Below, in pieces: positions 9,431 through 22,400 of a stretch of DNA of 64,000 nucleotides (within the stretch, counting starts at the first letter, position 1; every line of letters begins with the position of its first letter). The translations under genes were made by a program, and so were the position numbers. The notes below the pieces were generated by a model, which saw only the letters and a program-made list of their open reading frames with translations, did no database searches and was not told where the DNA came from. Origin of the DNA: Paraspadella gotoi (Eukaryota > Animalia > Chaetognatha); contig CM119266.1 in the NCBI GenBank assembly GCA_051294375.1, positions 3,031,812-3,095,811 of the forward strand, in the 5' to 3' direction.

Positions 9431-12400
9431 CAAAAAAAAAGAAAGAAATGAAAAAAAAGGTCATTATTATTATCCCAAATGTACCATTTTATGGGAAGAA
9501 CCTAAAAGAAAGAAAAGAAAGCAGTTTTGAAGAGACGGAAAAGGGGGAGAAGAGCANNNNNNNNNNNNNNNNNNNNNNNNNNNNNNNNNNNNNNNNNNNN
9601 NNNNNNNNNNNNNNNNNNNNNNNNNNNNNNNNNNNNNNNNNNNNNNNNNNNNNNNNNNNNNNNNNNNNNNNNNNNNNNNNNNNNNNNNNNNNNNNNNNNN
9701 NNNNNNNNNNNNNNNNNNNNNNNNNNNNNNNNNNNNNNNNGAGAGGCCCAGCGAATGGAAGGATGGTGATGGCAGGATTAAAGGATTTTTCGGGAGGCGT
9801 GGCCGTCAAAAGGTCGTCCTGAGTAAACAAAACTTGGGTTGGGACGAATAAACTGCGCGCTGAGGAAAAAAGGGGCCAAAGATCGACCGAAGAAAAGGGA
9901 AAGGCTTTGAAAAAGAGGGCCTGAAAGATGGCCTGAAAGATGGCCTGAACGATACTTGAAAAAAGCCTGAAAAAATCTTAAAAGAGGCTTGATAGAGAGA
10001 CCGAAAGTGGCTTGAAAGAAGCCTGAAAATAGGTTTAAAAGAGGCTTGAAAGAGGAAATGAAAGAGGCTTGAAAGAAGCCTGAAAATAGGTTTAAAAGAG
10101 ACTTGAAAGAGGGACTAAGAGAGGGTTTAAAGAGGTCTGAAAAGATGACTGAAAAAGGTCTGAAAACAGATATTGAAAAAGGTCTGAAAATATGTCTGAA
10201 AAAAGGTCTGAAAAAGGGTGGAAATAGGCTTAAAAAGACCTGAAGGCGGAGGAAAGATATGCGAAGAATTAGTCTGTATTATGGATATTTGAAAGAAAAA
10301 AAATTAATTGGTGGAAATAAGTAATAGAAAAGTAATAGATAAGTATTAGAAAACAGGTAAAGAAAAAAAGCTGAATAAAAAAATGAAATGAGTTAAAAAG
10401 AAAAGAAAGAAAAAAAAGAAAAGAAAGAAAACGAGAGAAATTTAAATTTTAAGTTGGATTAAACGAGAGAAAAAGGGAAATAAACGGGCGAAAGGAGAAA
10501 GTGAAAGGTAGAGAGAAAGAGGGAAAGAGAGGGAAGANNNNNNNNNNNNNNNNNNNNNNNNNNNNNNNNNNNNNNNNNNNNNNNNNNNNNNNNNNNNNNN
10601 NNNNNNNNNNNNNNNNNNNNNNNNNNNNNNNNNNNNNNNNNNNNNNNNNNNNNNNNNNNNNNNNNNNNNNNNNNNNNNNNNNNNNNNNNNNNNNNNNNNN
10701 NNNNNNNNNNNNNNNNNNNNAAAAAGGAAATGCATGAATCGTTTTGAAGAGACGAATCGTGAAAGGAGAATTTTATTTAAACGCCAGATATTGACGACGA
10801 CGACAACAACAACAACAACAACAACAACAACACAAACAAACAACAACAATAAGGGTCACTAGATAATACACTAATCAATTGGAAAAAAAATAATAATGAC
10901 CGAAAGAACGGACCGACCCGGACCAAATGGATTTAAAAATAATGTTTTTTTCAACACAAAGAAGCAATAATTTAACAACACAACGAATACATAGAAGAAG
11001 GATTGTTCATTTTTCTCGATGTCTATTTCCCGACGACGCTCCCCCCCAACTCGAAATGGCGTGAATATGTTTCTTAGCATTATGCTCGGTCATGTTTCCT
11101 AACTGGCGTCGCAAGAGAATTTTTTAAGAAAGGAGCGATATAGCGTAAACCGTCGGCGGCCGGCTTGGCGGCGGCTGGCGGCGGCGTTTTCGTTGCACGG
11201 TTTGACTAGCAAAGGATTCGTCCTGCGAGGGATTTCCGACAACATGGAGCGGTGCGAAGAGTATGGGTGAATGTCGACGGCGGAGGTGGAAGCGGCGGCG
11301 GAGGTGGAGGCAGCGGCGGAGAGGCGAGGGCGGCGGCGGGGGCGGCGGGGAGGGCGCGGCGGGGCGGCGGCGGCGGCGCGGGGAGGGCGGCGGCGGCGGG
11401 GCGGCGGCGACGGCGGGGTGGCGGTGGCGGCGCGGCGGGCGATGAGTTGAGGGGGAAATGTTTTATAGATGATGGATTCGATCATCTTTCCTTCATCATC
11501 GATTCACCACCGGTCGTCGTCGGTCGTCGTCGTCGTCGTTGTTGTTGTTTGTTGTGTTGTTGTTGTTGTTGTCGTCGTCGTCATTCTGGCGTAAATAAAA
11601 AATTCTCCTTTCACGATCGGTCTCTTCAAGAACGATTCATGCATTTCCTTTTAACGTTTTCTCTCTCTCGTTCTCTCTCTCCTCTCTCTCTCTCATCTCC
11701 TCTCTCTCTTCTCTCTCTCTCTCGTCTCGTCGTCTCTCTCTCTCTGTCCTTCTTTCCACACTCATTCTTCCCTTCTTTCCTCTTTCTTCTGCTACCTTTC
11801 ACTTTCTTCTTTCGCGCGTTTATTTTCCTTTTTCTCTCGGGTTTAATCAACTTAAAATTAAATTTCTCTCGTTTTCTTCTTCTTCCTTTTTTTTTTTTTT
11901 CTTTCTTTTCTTTTTAACTCATTTAATTTTTTTATTTCAGCTTTTTTTCTTTACCTGTTTTCCCTAAATACTAATTATCTATTTTACTTTTCTAATAATT
12001 ACTGTATTTCAGCACCCAATTATTTTCTTTCAAATTATCCCCATTAATTACAGACTAATTCTTCCGGCAATCTATTCTCTCGGCCTTCCAGGTCTTTTTT
12101 AGCCTATTTATTTCCACACGCGAACTTTTTCAGACGCTTTTTTTTTTTTTTTTCTCAGAACATATTTTACAAGCGAGATCCTTTTCAATATCTTTTTCCC
12201 AGACCTTTTTCAGTCGGCGGATCTTTTCAAGTATCTTTCAGACCCTCTTTAAAAAAAAAAAAAACCCCATCTCTTAGTCCCTCTTTCAAAGTCTCTTTTT
12301 AAAAATAAAAAAAAAAAACCTATTTTCAGGCTTTTTTCAAGGCCTCTTTCATTCTCTTTTCACAAAAGCCTTCTTTTAAACCGTATTTTCAGGCTTCTTC

Positions 12401-14361
12401 AAGCACTTCGGTCTCTCTATCAAGTCTCTTTTTATAAGATTTTTTCTAAGGCTTTTTTTCAAGTATCGTTCACAGTGCCATCTTTCAGGCCATCTTGTCA
12501 AGGCCCTCTTTTTCAGCCACAGAAAGGCTTTCCCTTTTCTTTTTCGGCTCGATCTTTGGCTCCTTTTTTTTTTTTTCCCTCAGCGCGTCAGTTTTAATTT
12601 TCGTCCAACCAAGTTTTGTTTACTACAGTGACGACCTTTTGCGGCCACGGCCTCCCGCCCCGAAAAATTCCTTTTAATAATCCTGCCATCACATCCTTGC
12701 CCATTGCTTGGGCCTCCTCTGCCCCCACCGTCCCGCCCTAAACTCTCTCAAACTGTGCGTGTCTCCCGCTTTTCGCGTCTCTTCGAAACTGGCTTTTCGT
12801 TTTCTTTTCTTTTTTTAGGTTCCTTCCCATAAAATGGTACAATTTGGGAATTAATAATATATGACACTTGGTGGTATAATTTATTTTTGTTTTTTTTTTT
12901 TTTTTATTTTTATTTCTTTTCGTTGTGTTTTTTTGTGATTTTTTGAAGTTTAGACTTTAATAGTGTTCCTTATTGTTATTGTATTATTGTGTATTTCGCT
13001 TTCGCACTTTCGAGCGATTTCTCCTTCAAGATGCTCATTTTCTCCTTTTTTGTATTTTTCCAACTTCTTAGCTTCTCTTCGTTTCCTTTTCCCCCCTCTC
13101 CCCTCGGCTCATTCTCATCTCGGCCACCTTCGTTCTCTCGCCGGTCCCCAGCTTTCGCCTCTTAACCGCCGCCTTCCTCCGCGCGGCCCCTTTTTCCCTT
13201 CCCCTCTTCTGTCTCTCGTCGCACGCTTCTCTCAATCCTCCCTCGCCACTTCCTCTATACCACGGACCTCCTCTCCCCTTCCCTTGCCACTCTTCTCTCC
13301 CACCTTCTTTTGCTTCCTCTCCTCCCTGGGGCCCCAGCTTCCTCTTACCGAGGCTTCCTGCCTCCCTTTCCCTTGCCCCTCTTCTGGCAGGGCGGTCTCT
13401 CGACCACCTTCTCTCGTTCGCTCGGCCCTCCACTTCCCTCTTACCGCCTTCCTGAGCCCTCCCACTTGTCCTTCCCTCTTCTATCCCACCTTCACGGGGC
13501 TCGCTCCCTCCCCACTGGGCCCTCCTTACCGCCGGGGCCTGCGGTTCCTCGCCTCGCCCTTTTCCCTTCCCGGGCTCTTCTCTCCCAACGGTTCAAACCC
13601 TCTCCCTCGGCCCACTTCCTTCGTTACCCCTTTCCTCCCTCTCCAGGTTTCCGCCTCCCACCGTTCTCTCACCAGGCTTGAATCCGTTCTCTCTCCTCCC
13701 TCCACCACCTTCCTCTTACCCTTCCTACGTCTGCTCCTCCTCCCCTCCCCTCTTCTCCGACCACGCGTCTCTCGGCCCTCTCGCGCCGCTCCGCACTTCC
13801 CCTCTTACGGCTGGCTTCCGTCTTCAAATACAGACCTGAAGGCGCGCCAGGAAAAGATATGCGAATGAATCTCAGCTCTCTATTCACTGGCCAGTCACTT
13901 TCTCTCAAAGACACCACACAAAACAATTCATCATTCGCGTGCACCAATAAGTCAATCCCACACTTAACAGTCAATAGGATACACGTAGCTTCTGATCCGT
14001 CTACAAATCAGGTCAAAGAAAAGCCTCGTAACTTCAAAAAATCGAAATCCCTACGTTACCCTCTTCTCGCATCCCCTATACATAAGATTCTACATCAGTC
14101 ACAAAGTAAACACCATAAAGAAAAGAAACGCAAAGCCGCCAGCACTGAAATTTCACAATCTTTAAGCTGCGGATCTTACACTCTCATCAAACGCCAGCTA
14201 GCAAAATACGGGACATATAAACCCGCGTGCGTCTGAAGCACGTCAGAAATGTGCAAAGGCTACCAGATGAAAGAGCTGTCGATCAATCAGTACGGAGGGA
14301 CCATGAACCTCTGAGCTGTCGGGACAAGAGAGACGCTAGAGACCGCACGCATCTTACACGC

Positions 14362-14397
<36 letters not shown>

Positions 14398-15560
14398 CCA
14401 TGACGAGATGAGACGCAGAGAGACCTCTTAGTCACGTCGAGAACGCACGAGAGACGAGAACAGGGCCGCTTAGACACAGAAAGCCGTAAAGTACCATGAA
14501 TCTGTTTTTGAAAGATGAGAACGATCGAACAAGATAGAAAGAGAGAAGGGAATGAAAAGAGGAATTTCACCTTTAAACGCAGAGAAGCCCAGAACGCAGA
14601 TACATGCCCTATTCGACTCCGTGACGGAAATGAGGACCTCCGAACCGCACCCCCATATTCAAAGATAGCACGCACCCTTTATCCGACCCTTAACCTATAC
14701 CCACAACCCACACACTAACTACCCTAGACGATCGAACGACCAGACGACGACTGAACTTCGATGGCTCGAAGTCGATGATCGAAGGAACATCAGAAATGAT
14801 CTGGGCTACATGTCATACTATCTATAACATAACATCCGTCTCTACAAACTCATAAGCTTCCTGCGCGCCGGCCGCCGCTACTATCTTCTAGCACCATTAG
14901 TTTTACGTATTTTTTCCGCCCACCTTCCGTCCGTCCGCTCGCCGACCGCACGCCGCCGCCGCTCTCTCCCCGCTCGCCTGCCCTGCCGCCGCAGCCCGCC
15001 GGCCCTCTCCCGCCGCTTCGCCTTTACTCCGGTTCTACTCGCTGCCGCACTTCCCGCCGCCTTCTTCTCGCCGTTCTGCCCTCCCCTCCGCCGCGCTTCC
15101 ACCTCNNNNNNNNNNNNNNNNNNNNNNNNNCGCCGTCGACATTCACCCATACTTTCGCCACCGCTACCATTGTTGTCGGCTAAATCCCTCGCAGGACGAA
15201 ATCCTTGCTAGTCAAACCGTGAACGAAACGCCGCCGCTGCTGCGGCCGCCGCCGCCAGCCGCCGCCAGCCGCCGCCGACGGTACGCTATATCGCTCCTTC
15301 TTTAAAAAATGTTCTCTTGCGACGCCAGTTAGGAAAACATGACCGAGCATAATTTCTAAGAAACATTTCGACGCCATTCGAGTTGGGGGGGGGGAGCGTC
15401 GTCGGGAAATGTGGGACTATCGAGAAAATGACAATCCTTCCTTCTTATTGTATTCGTTGTTGTTGTTGAAATTATTGTCTTCTTGGGTGTTGATTAAAAT
15501 TATAAAATCATTGTCGTCGTCGTCGTCATTATTATCATTGATTTGAGTGTTATTATCGTA
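9431..15560. repeat. Complex inverted/fold-back duplication within GPCR intron 2 (probably misassembly)
   Basis: 9460-10830 is the reverse complement of ~11520-12870. 10850-11290 is the reverse complement of 15131-15560. 13830-14880 is a very noisy re-read of the same segments. Confidence 0.8.
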
Positions 15561-15716
15561 GTGATCCCTATTGTTGTTGTTGTTGATGTTGTCGTCTTCG
15601 TCATCTTCGTCGTTGTTGTTGTTGTTGTTGTTGTCATCCTCGTCGTCGTGAAAATTAATCAAACTACAATTGAGATCAATTCCCAATGGTAATTCCCTGC
15701 GGAGTGTGAGGACGGC

Positions 15717-15826
15717 CGTAAACCACCTTGGGGGTGTCGTAAACCACCTTGGGGGTGTCGTAAACCACCTTGGAGGTGTCGTAAACCACCTTGGGGGTGT
15801 CGTAAACCACCTTGGGGGTGTCGTAA
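15717..15826. repeat. 21-bp tandem repeat (GTAAACCACCTTGGGGGTGTC) x5
   Basis: Near-perfect copies read directly. Confidence 0.92.
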
Positions 15827-16142
15827 ATCTCAATGCCTGGTTCCGAGCCCAGGATCCGTTCCATAGCTGCTAAGTGGTCACTGAAGATACGAATTGTAGT
15901 CTTCAGCCCACTTAGCGCCTTATCCACAGTGTCACTTTGGCAACTTCACATCAAGAACGAAAACCAACGCGGTGGACAAATAAGACTCGCGGAAGATTTG
16001 GAGACAGAAAACGATTAATATTTAATAATATAAAATGTACTAGAAAAATTTATTAATATTTAGTAAAAACAAGCATCAACAAAATACAGCAAAATCAGCA
16101 GCAGCAAGAAGCAACAGCAGCATACAGCAGCAGCGAACTTAC

Positions 16143-16235
16143 CTTTGGAGAGGAGGACAGTGAGAGCGAGAGCGTTTCCGATGGAACCGAAGAGACTCAC
16201 GATGCAGGAGAGAATCGTTGGTCCTGGGTTGTGAT
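16143..16235 (-). CDS. Class A GPCR, exon 2 (DHNPGPTILSCIVSLFGSIGNALALTVLLSK; TM1)
   Basis: AACAG acceptor and GTAAGT donor, 93 nt, phase 1-1. Hydrophobic helix with the conserved TM1 G-x-x-G-N motif. Not in the ORF track; translated by hand. Confidence 0.9.
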
Positions 16236-16355
16236 CTGTTCACGGTTTGGAAATGAATGGTTTTTGAGTTATTAGTGAGGTTTTTTTTCAATGTTTATCA
16301 TTTTTAAAAATAAGTAAATAATTAAATAAATAATTAAATAATTAACATTACTGAC

Positions 16356-16413
16356 CGTCTTCCGGTTCTGCTGTGACGTTCGACGTCGTCATCGTGAGAT
16401 TCACAGACTTCAT
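16356..16413 (-). CDS. Class A GPCR, coding exon 1 (MKSVNLTMTTSNVTAEPED; extracellular N-terminus)
   Basis: ATG at 16413-16411, 58 nt (19 codons +1), GTCAGT donor at 16355. Two N-glycosylation sequons (NLT, NVT), typical of GPCR N-termini. Phase-1 join is in frame with the next exon across a 120-bp intron. Confidence 0.8.
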
Positions 16414-16905
16414 CTTTAAATTGTGAACGAAGGAATTTCAAGAAGTTTTTTTTAATGAATCACTAATTTTAAGTCACGATAAATCGATTTTTTTTAATTC
16501 GGCGAACTTTTTCGGTTAATTAAAGGTGAATTTAAGAAAAAAGTTTTTGAGATGTTCGTCCATAATATTATACTTTATAGCGAGCTGCCAAAAAGCGAAC
16601 GTCTACCTCCGTTGTATTTGAATGTCGAATAAGTTAATTCTATTTTATTGTAGAGGGAGGTCCGGCTATTATAGGACTATTTTCAAGTCCTTACAGCTCG
16701 AAAGAAGAAAAAAAGGGACATGGTTAAATTTTCTTTTGATCGAAATCTGGAAAATCCAACAGCAACTACTAATTTTAGCTAAATCGAAAGCTTAAAGAAT
16801 AACGAGAAAAACAAGAAGTAAAAATAAAAATGGCGCCAAGATTTAAATCGATAACATCGTCAAAAAATCTCGCGACGTCAAAAGTCATCCGTCGGTTTTG
16901 TCGGC

Positions 16906-16935
16906 TTAGGCTTAGGCTTAGGCTTAGGCTTAGGC
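16906..16935 (+). repeat. (TTAGGC)5 telomere-like hexamer run
   Basis: Five perfect copies. Confidence 0.85.
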
Positions 16936-17360
16936 GTCGGCTCTTTTCAATTGTCGGCTTTTCTGTCGGGAGAGCGTTTGTCTTTTCGAATTTCGATCCG
17001 AGATATTTCTTCTCTACGTTTCACGCTTTTCATCTTATCTTTCCTTCTCTTCTCTTTTCTTTTCTTTTCTTTTCTTTTCTTTTCTTTTCTTTTCTTTTCT
17101 TTTCTTTTCTTTTCTTTTCTTTTCTTTTCTTTTCTTTTCGTCTCTTCTCTACTTTTCTCTTCTCTACTTTTCGTTCGTTCGTTGGTTCGTTCGTTGGTTC
17201 GTTCTTTCGTTCTTTCGTTCGTTTGCTCGATAGTTCTTTCGCTCCGTTGTTCGTTCGTTCGCTCGACTGCAAGTTGAAAGGGTTGATAGTCAGAAAGACG
17301 ACGGATTTCCTGTAAGCAAAAAAAAATGATCGCAGGTTAAGAGTCGCACAATTTTTTTTA

Positions 17361-17391
<31 letters not shown>

Positions 17392-20300
17392 CAGGAGGAG
17401 AGAGAGAGAGAGAGGAGAAGAGAGAGAACAGAGAGAGAGAGAGAGGAGAGATATCAGATGACACAAATGTTAAATTGAATCAAACACATGAATTTTTTCT
17501 TATTACAGTGCGATTGAAAATAAAATTGAAAAAATGAAAAAAGATTGTGTTATATTTTTTTTTGCGCCGATGCTCATACGTTTGTTCGGGACCGTAACAA
17601 TACCGCAACGAATTGAGGTCTCGCCCTCTCTCCCTCTCCCACCTCCCCCCCCCCCCCTCGTCTCTCTCCTCTCTCGTCGCTCCTCTCTGCTCTCTCTCTT
17701 CGTCTCTCTCTCCTCTCTCTCGAAATTAACTGATTAAAATTCTGCTCGTTGTATTTAAACACTTTGGCTCATTAACGATTAAATATACACAAAAGTAATC
17801 TCTCTCTGCTCTTCTCTCTCTCTCGCTTCTCGTTCTCTCCGTCTCTCTCTCTCTCTCATCTCTGCTCTCTCTCTCTCCTGCTCGCTCTCTCTCTCTCTCG
17901 TCGCTATCGATCTCGCGTCTCTAGTCACCCTCTCACATACTCCCACACCATCGAGTTCGTCTGCCATTCCTTCATTTCTGTATTCATAATTTTTTTATTC
18001 CTTTACCTCCTTTTTTTTAATCTTTTTCTTTTTTCCTTCCTATTTCTCCTTATTCCTCCAGTCCTTTTTTCCTCATTCAAGCCATTTATATATATTTATA
18101 TATATTTTTATATCTTTATTTTTTCTTTCACTTTTCTTTTCCTTATTAAAAACATCATGCGATCGTAATTATAACTATTATAACTAATCGCGTCCATAAA
18201 AAAATCAGCTCTTGATTAGATGAAAAAAGAAAAAGAAAAAAAAAAAGAAGATTTTGATGGATTAGAAATGATTTATCGAGATGAAATTTGTTGGACGACG
18301 ACGACGATAATGACGACGATAATGACGACGACGATGAAGACGACGACATCATACAATATAAAACCTTAAAACTTTAAGACTTTTACGACCCCTCAACCCA
18401 TAAAAAAAACCACGACGACAAAAGAAATCGTTAAGAATCCTTCTTTTTAAAACCGGGAGGCGAGTGTTTCGGATCGTGGCTCAGAATACGCGGGTTCGAA
18501 CCCCTTCTATGTAACGGCGAGGAAGTCGTTTACTGTAGCGAATAACAACGACGACAACGACAACAACGACGACAACAAATTCGTCCATTCGTCGGATCGA
18601 AATAAAATGAAAAGATTTGAAAGGGATTTTGTGGTTGGGATGATGTGGATGAAGATTATGATGTAGTTGAAAGGTTTTGATGTAGTAAGCGGGATGACGA
18701 AGCGGTTTTAAAAATGATGTAAAAGGGAGATTGAGGTTTACATGTCGATTGAGATGATGTAGTGGGGAAGATTGGATGTAGCGGGGAGTTTTTAGTGTCG
18801 ATGTAACGACATTGAAGTTGTATTGGAGAGATATTATTGTAGTCAATTTGATGTAGTCCATGATGGAAGGAAATCTTCTTGTTTATCTTTTTTCTGATTG
18901 AAAAAAAATTCCGGAGACAATATTTTTTTTTCTCGGTGATAAAAAAAAAGAATAAAAATCTTTTTACATTCGAAAGATTTCTTTTTCCCCGTCGTGTGAA
19001 TTTATACATTGTAGAAGATGAAAATAATAATAATAATAATAAAAGTGAGAGAAAGACCGGTGGTAAGTCGCCTCAACATATGAGTATGTATATACAACGA
19101 ATATTCAGTATTTTTTCGTATATTTTTTTTTATTAATACCAAAATATTAATCATTACTAATGACATTAGTTGTCTATTTTAGAATATTGATAAATTTTAA
19201 TTACTTAATATAAACAAACTGAAGTTGGACATTTAAAAAAAAAGTCCCGAACTTTCCAGTTCAGAAAAAGAAAAGATTCCACGGTACTCGAAAAATCTCC
19301 GTGGCTCGTTTTTCGATTTAAACGGATTTCACGGTAGACGCCCCCCTACTCCCTTCTCTCTCCAATGGCGACGCAAACCGAGAAATCTTCGAAGATCAAG
19401 AAAAGTCAAGTTGAAGGTGTTGCGCCGCTGGGAGCTTCTTATTTGCTCTCATTTCCAGAATATCACGGGATTAAGTATAAATTATATGAATAATAAGCAT
19501 CTTATCGTTATCACTTATTTATAAAATACTTATAAAAATAATCAAAATAATCAAAATTGTCTTCATCTATTTTAGGATCATAAGACCGTATTTTAGTTAA
19601 TTACGTGAATGTGTATGAATATTCAGTTCATTATACATTGTTACTGTCAATTATACGTAACCGAAAAATAACCTATAGAGTTGCTCAGCGAGTTCACGCG
19701 ACTGAGCTGAAAAACCCGGAGAGAAAATCCAATTTAGCGACTGCGATAATGAGATGATCGTTAACGATTTCCTGGTGGTAAGTGGACGGGTAAGTGGACG
19801 GGGTAAGGTTTGAGGCTTGAGGGGTTTTGACCCAGTTTAGGACGAGAGTGATGTGGGGATGTCAAATTGACCGATTCTTATCCAAACTGAGACCTTGATA
19901 TATCTTTTTATATTTCAGTCCCAAGGTTTGCTATTTATTTTAAATTCAACGGTTGTAAAAAAAAAATTACGTAGATTAAAAGATAATTTTGTGTATGTAC
20001 AATTTTGTACATGAAGTGACTTTTGAAGACATCTAATTGTTTAAAATTTGTATTGTGACCGTTGAGAAAATTTCTATACGTTGATTTTATCATTTGCCTT
20101 TAAGAATATTTTTATATCTTTCCGAAAAAAAAGGAAAGTAGTTGGATTCGAAATTTCGTACTTGTCAGAATTGATTGAAACTGGATTTAATTCGTCGTCG
20201 TCGTCGTCGTCGTCATCCAGATCGGAGTAGTCATCGTTGTCATCTCGATTAAACCTAGTAATACGAGTACAAAGATATGCATTTTTACATGATTGCATAA

Positions 20301-22204
20301 GTGCAAAAGTGGAAAAGTACCTTAATTTTCTACCAAATATGAACTTACGTGGGATATAAATATGATAAATCGATAGATAGCAGATAAATAAATAAACAGA
20401 CATACCGATCGACTGACCGAAAAGTGACTTATAGAGTTGCTCGGCGAGTACTTGCGGCGCAACTAAAAACATTGCGGCGGAATAATTCGAGTTAAATCAA
20501 TAATTGAAATAAGCAAATAAGGATTTGTGAGGTTTGAAGGAATAAGTAGTAAAGAATGTAGGGGAGTAGAAAAAAGACTCTAAAAAGAGAAAGAAAGAAA
20601 GAATGATAAAAAAGGAAAAATATAGATATAAAAAAGATCGAAAGAAAGAAAAAAAAAGAAAGAGAAAAGAATGAGACGGTAATCGTAAGAGTAAAAAAAG
20701 AAGAAGAACAAGAAAAAGAGAATAAAGGGATTAAAAATGAAATGTCAAGATGTTAGAGTCAAAAACTGAAATCGAATCGAATTTGAAAGAAGAATAACTT
20801 GAATTAATTTTCAACAGAATTTGTCTCAGTTAAGCATTATTACCATGAAATCTAACTTTAATGAACGAAACTTCAATTTAAACCAACAAACTGAATGGGG
20901 TCGATCGGAGAAAAATAATTAATATTAATTTATTAAATTCTATTCTAGCAAACGAATTCCATCGCTTTCTCATTACTATGAGTTTTTGAGTTTTCAGTTT
21001 GTTTATTTTATATTATTTACGCACGCAATGTTTTGTTTTGAGACGCATTTGATAGATTTTAAATCTATATCTGTGAGATATTTTAGTCTCAGGCTCGCGA
21101 GGGCGAACATTCGAACGTTGCCCGTTCCGATTGTTTCAACATGGGCCCCGAATAGAAAATAAGACCTTTCATATTTTATTGTGAAAATTTATTATTATGA
21201 GTCCTTCCGCAGACCGGTAAAAACGGGTTTTCCAAAACGGGTACAACGGTTAATTGAGCTCCGAAGAGAAAATAAAAACGAATCGCGAGCGAATCACGAA
21301 AGTCAAAATATTAACTATGGTCACTTTGAATGGTGGTCATTTTATATTGACCTATAGAGAGAGAAAAGGACGGACTATTCTTATCAATATCATAAAACAA
21401 TAATTCCGGCCTTTTTAATCATCGAAGCCCCCTTGTCGTATGACGGAGCAGCTCTCTCTGTCTCTCTCTTTCTCTCACTTTGGCTGGATGACTCAGAGTC
21501 AAGATCGGGATCGACAAAAACGACGAAGATAATTTGAACGATGAGTTAAACGAATTGTTTAGGGTTTCGGTTAGGGATAAGGTTAGATTATGGGATAGAT
21601 ATTAGGGATTACGGTTGGGGTTAGGGTTAGGGTTAGGGTCGTTTTTCCCTACGCAACTTGTTTCGAACAACGAGTTTTATTTTTGTATCGGACGTTTCGA
21701 CTCTTTTTCGAGTCTTCTTCAGCGTAATGTGAAATTATAAAAAAATTAATATAATAAATAAAAATAAATAAATAAACGAATATATTTAACCCAATACACC
21801 GGAAATTTTTCGTTTAAGCTTCACATAAAACCTCAATCTTCTGTCGCTATTGTTGTTTTGGATTTTCATATAAAGAGAAAAAAAAAGAAAGATGGAAATA
21901 CAAGCAGCTGCGGTGCAAGGGAAAAAATCTGCGGCATGAAATGATTTTTGTAAGGTTTGGAGAGCTAAAGAAAATAAATAAATAAATAAATATATATGTG
22001 GGATTCGTTCCCGAATTCTTCCGATCTCCATACTTAGATGGAATCTGATCCTCAAAGGACTATCTCATTTTATTTTAAACTTGTAGAGTTCTCAAATGTG
22101 AACATGACTAATAGAGCGACGAGTATGGTGTTGCAGTTAAAGCGCTTGTAATTACATTATTAATTAAAACCAAATGTAGAAGAAATCGAGATACGAACGG
22201 CATG

Positions 22205-22400
22205 ACGGCATTGAACGGCATTGAACGCATTGAACGGCATTGAACGCATTGAACGGCATTGAACGGCATTGAACGCATTGAACGCATTGAACGGCACTTG
22301 AACGGCATTGAAACGGCATTGAACGGCATTGAACGGGCATTGAACGGCATTGACGGCAATTGCAACGGCACTTGAAACGGCATTGAACGGCATTGAACGC
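22205..22400. repeat. 9-10-bp minisatellite (TTGAACGGCA)n
   Basis: About 19 copies. Confidence 0.9.

Noticed and set aside
12963-13868. 301-aa ORF
   Set aside because: CT-rich, noisy reverse copy of the GA repeat at ~8900-9100; stop-free because of composition.
18455-18510. B-box (GGGTTCGAACCC) as tRNA/SINE
   Set aside because: Only the B-box is evident; no cloverleaf or definable element boundaries.
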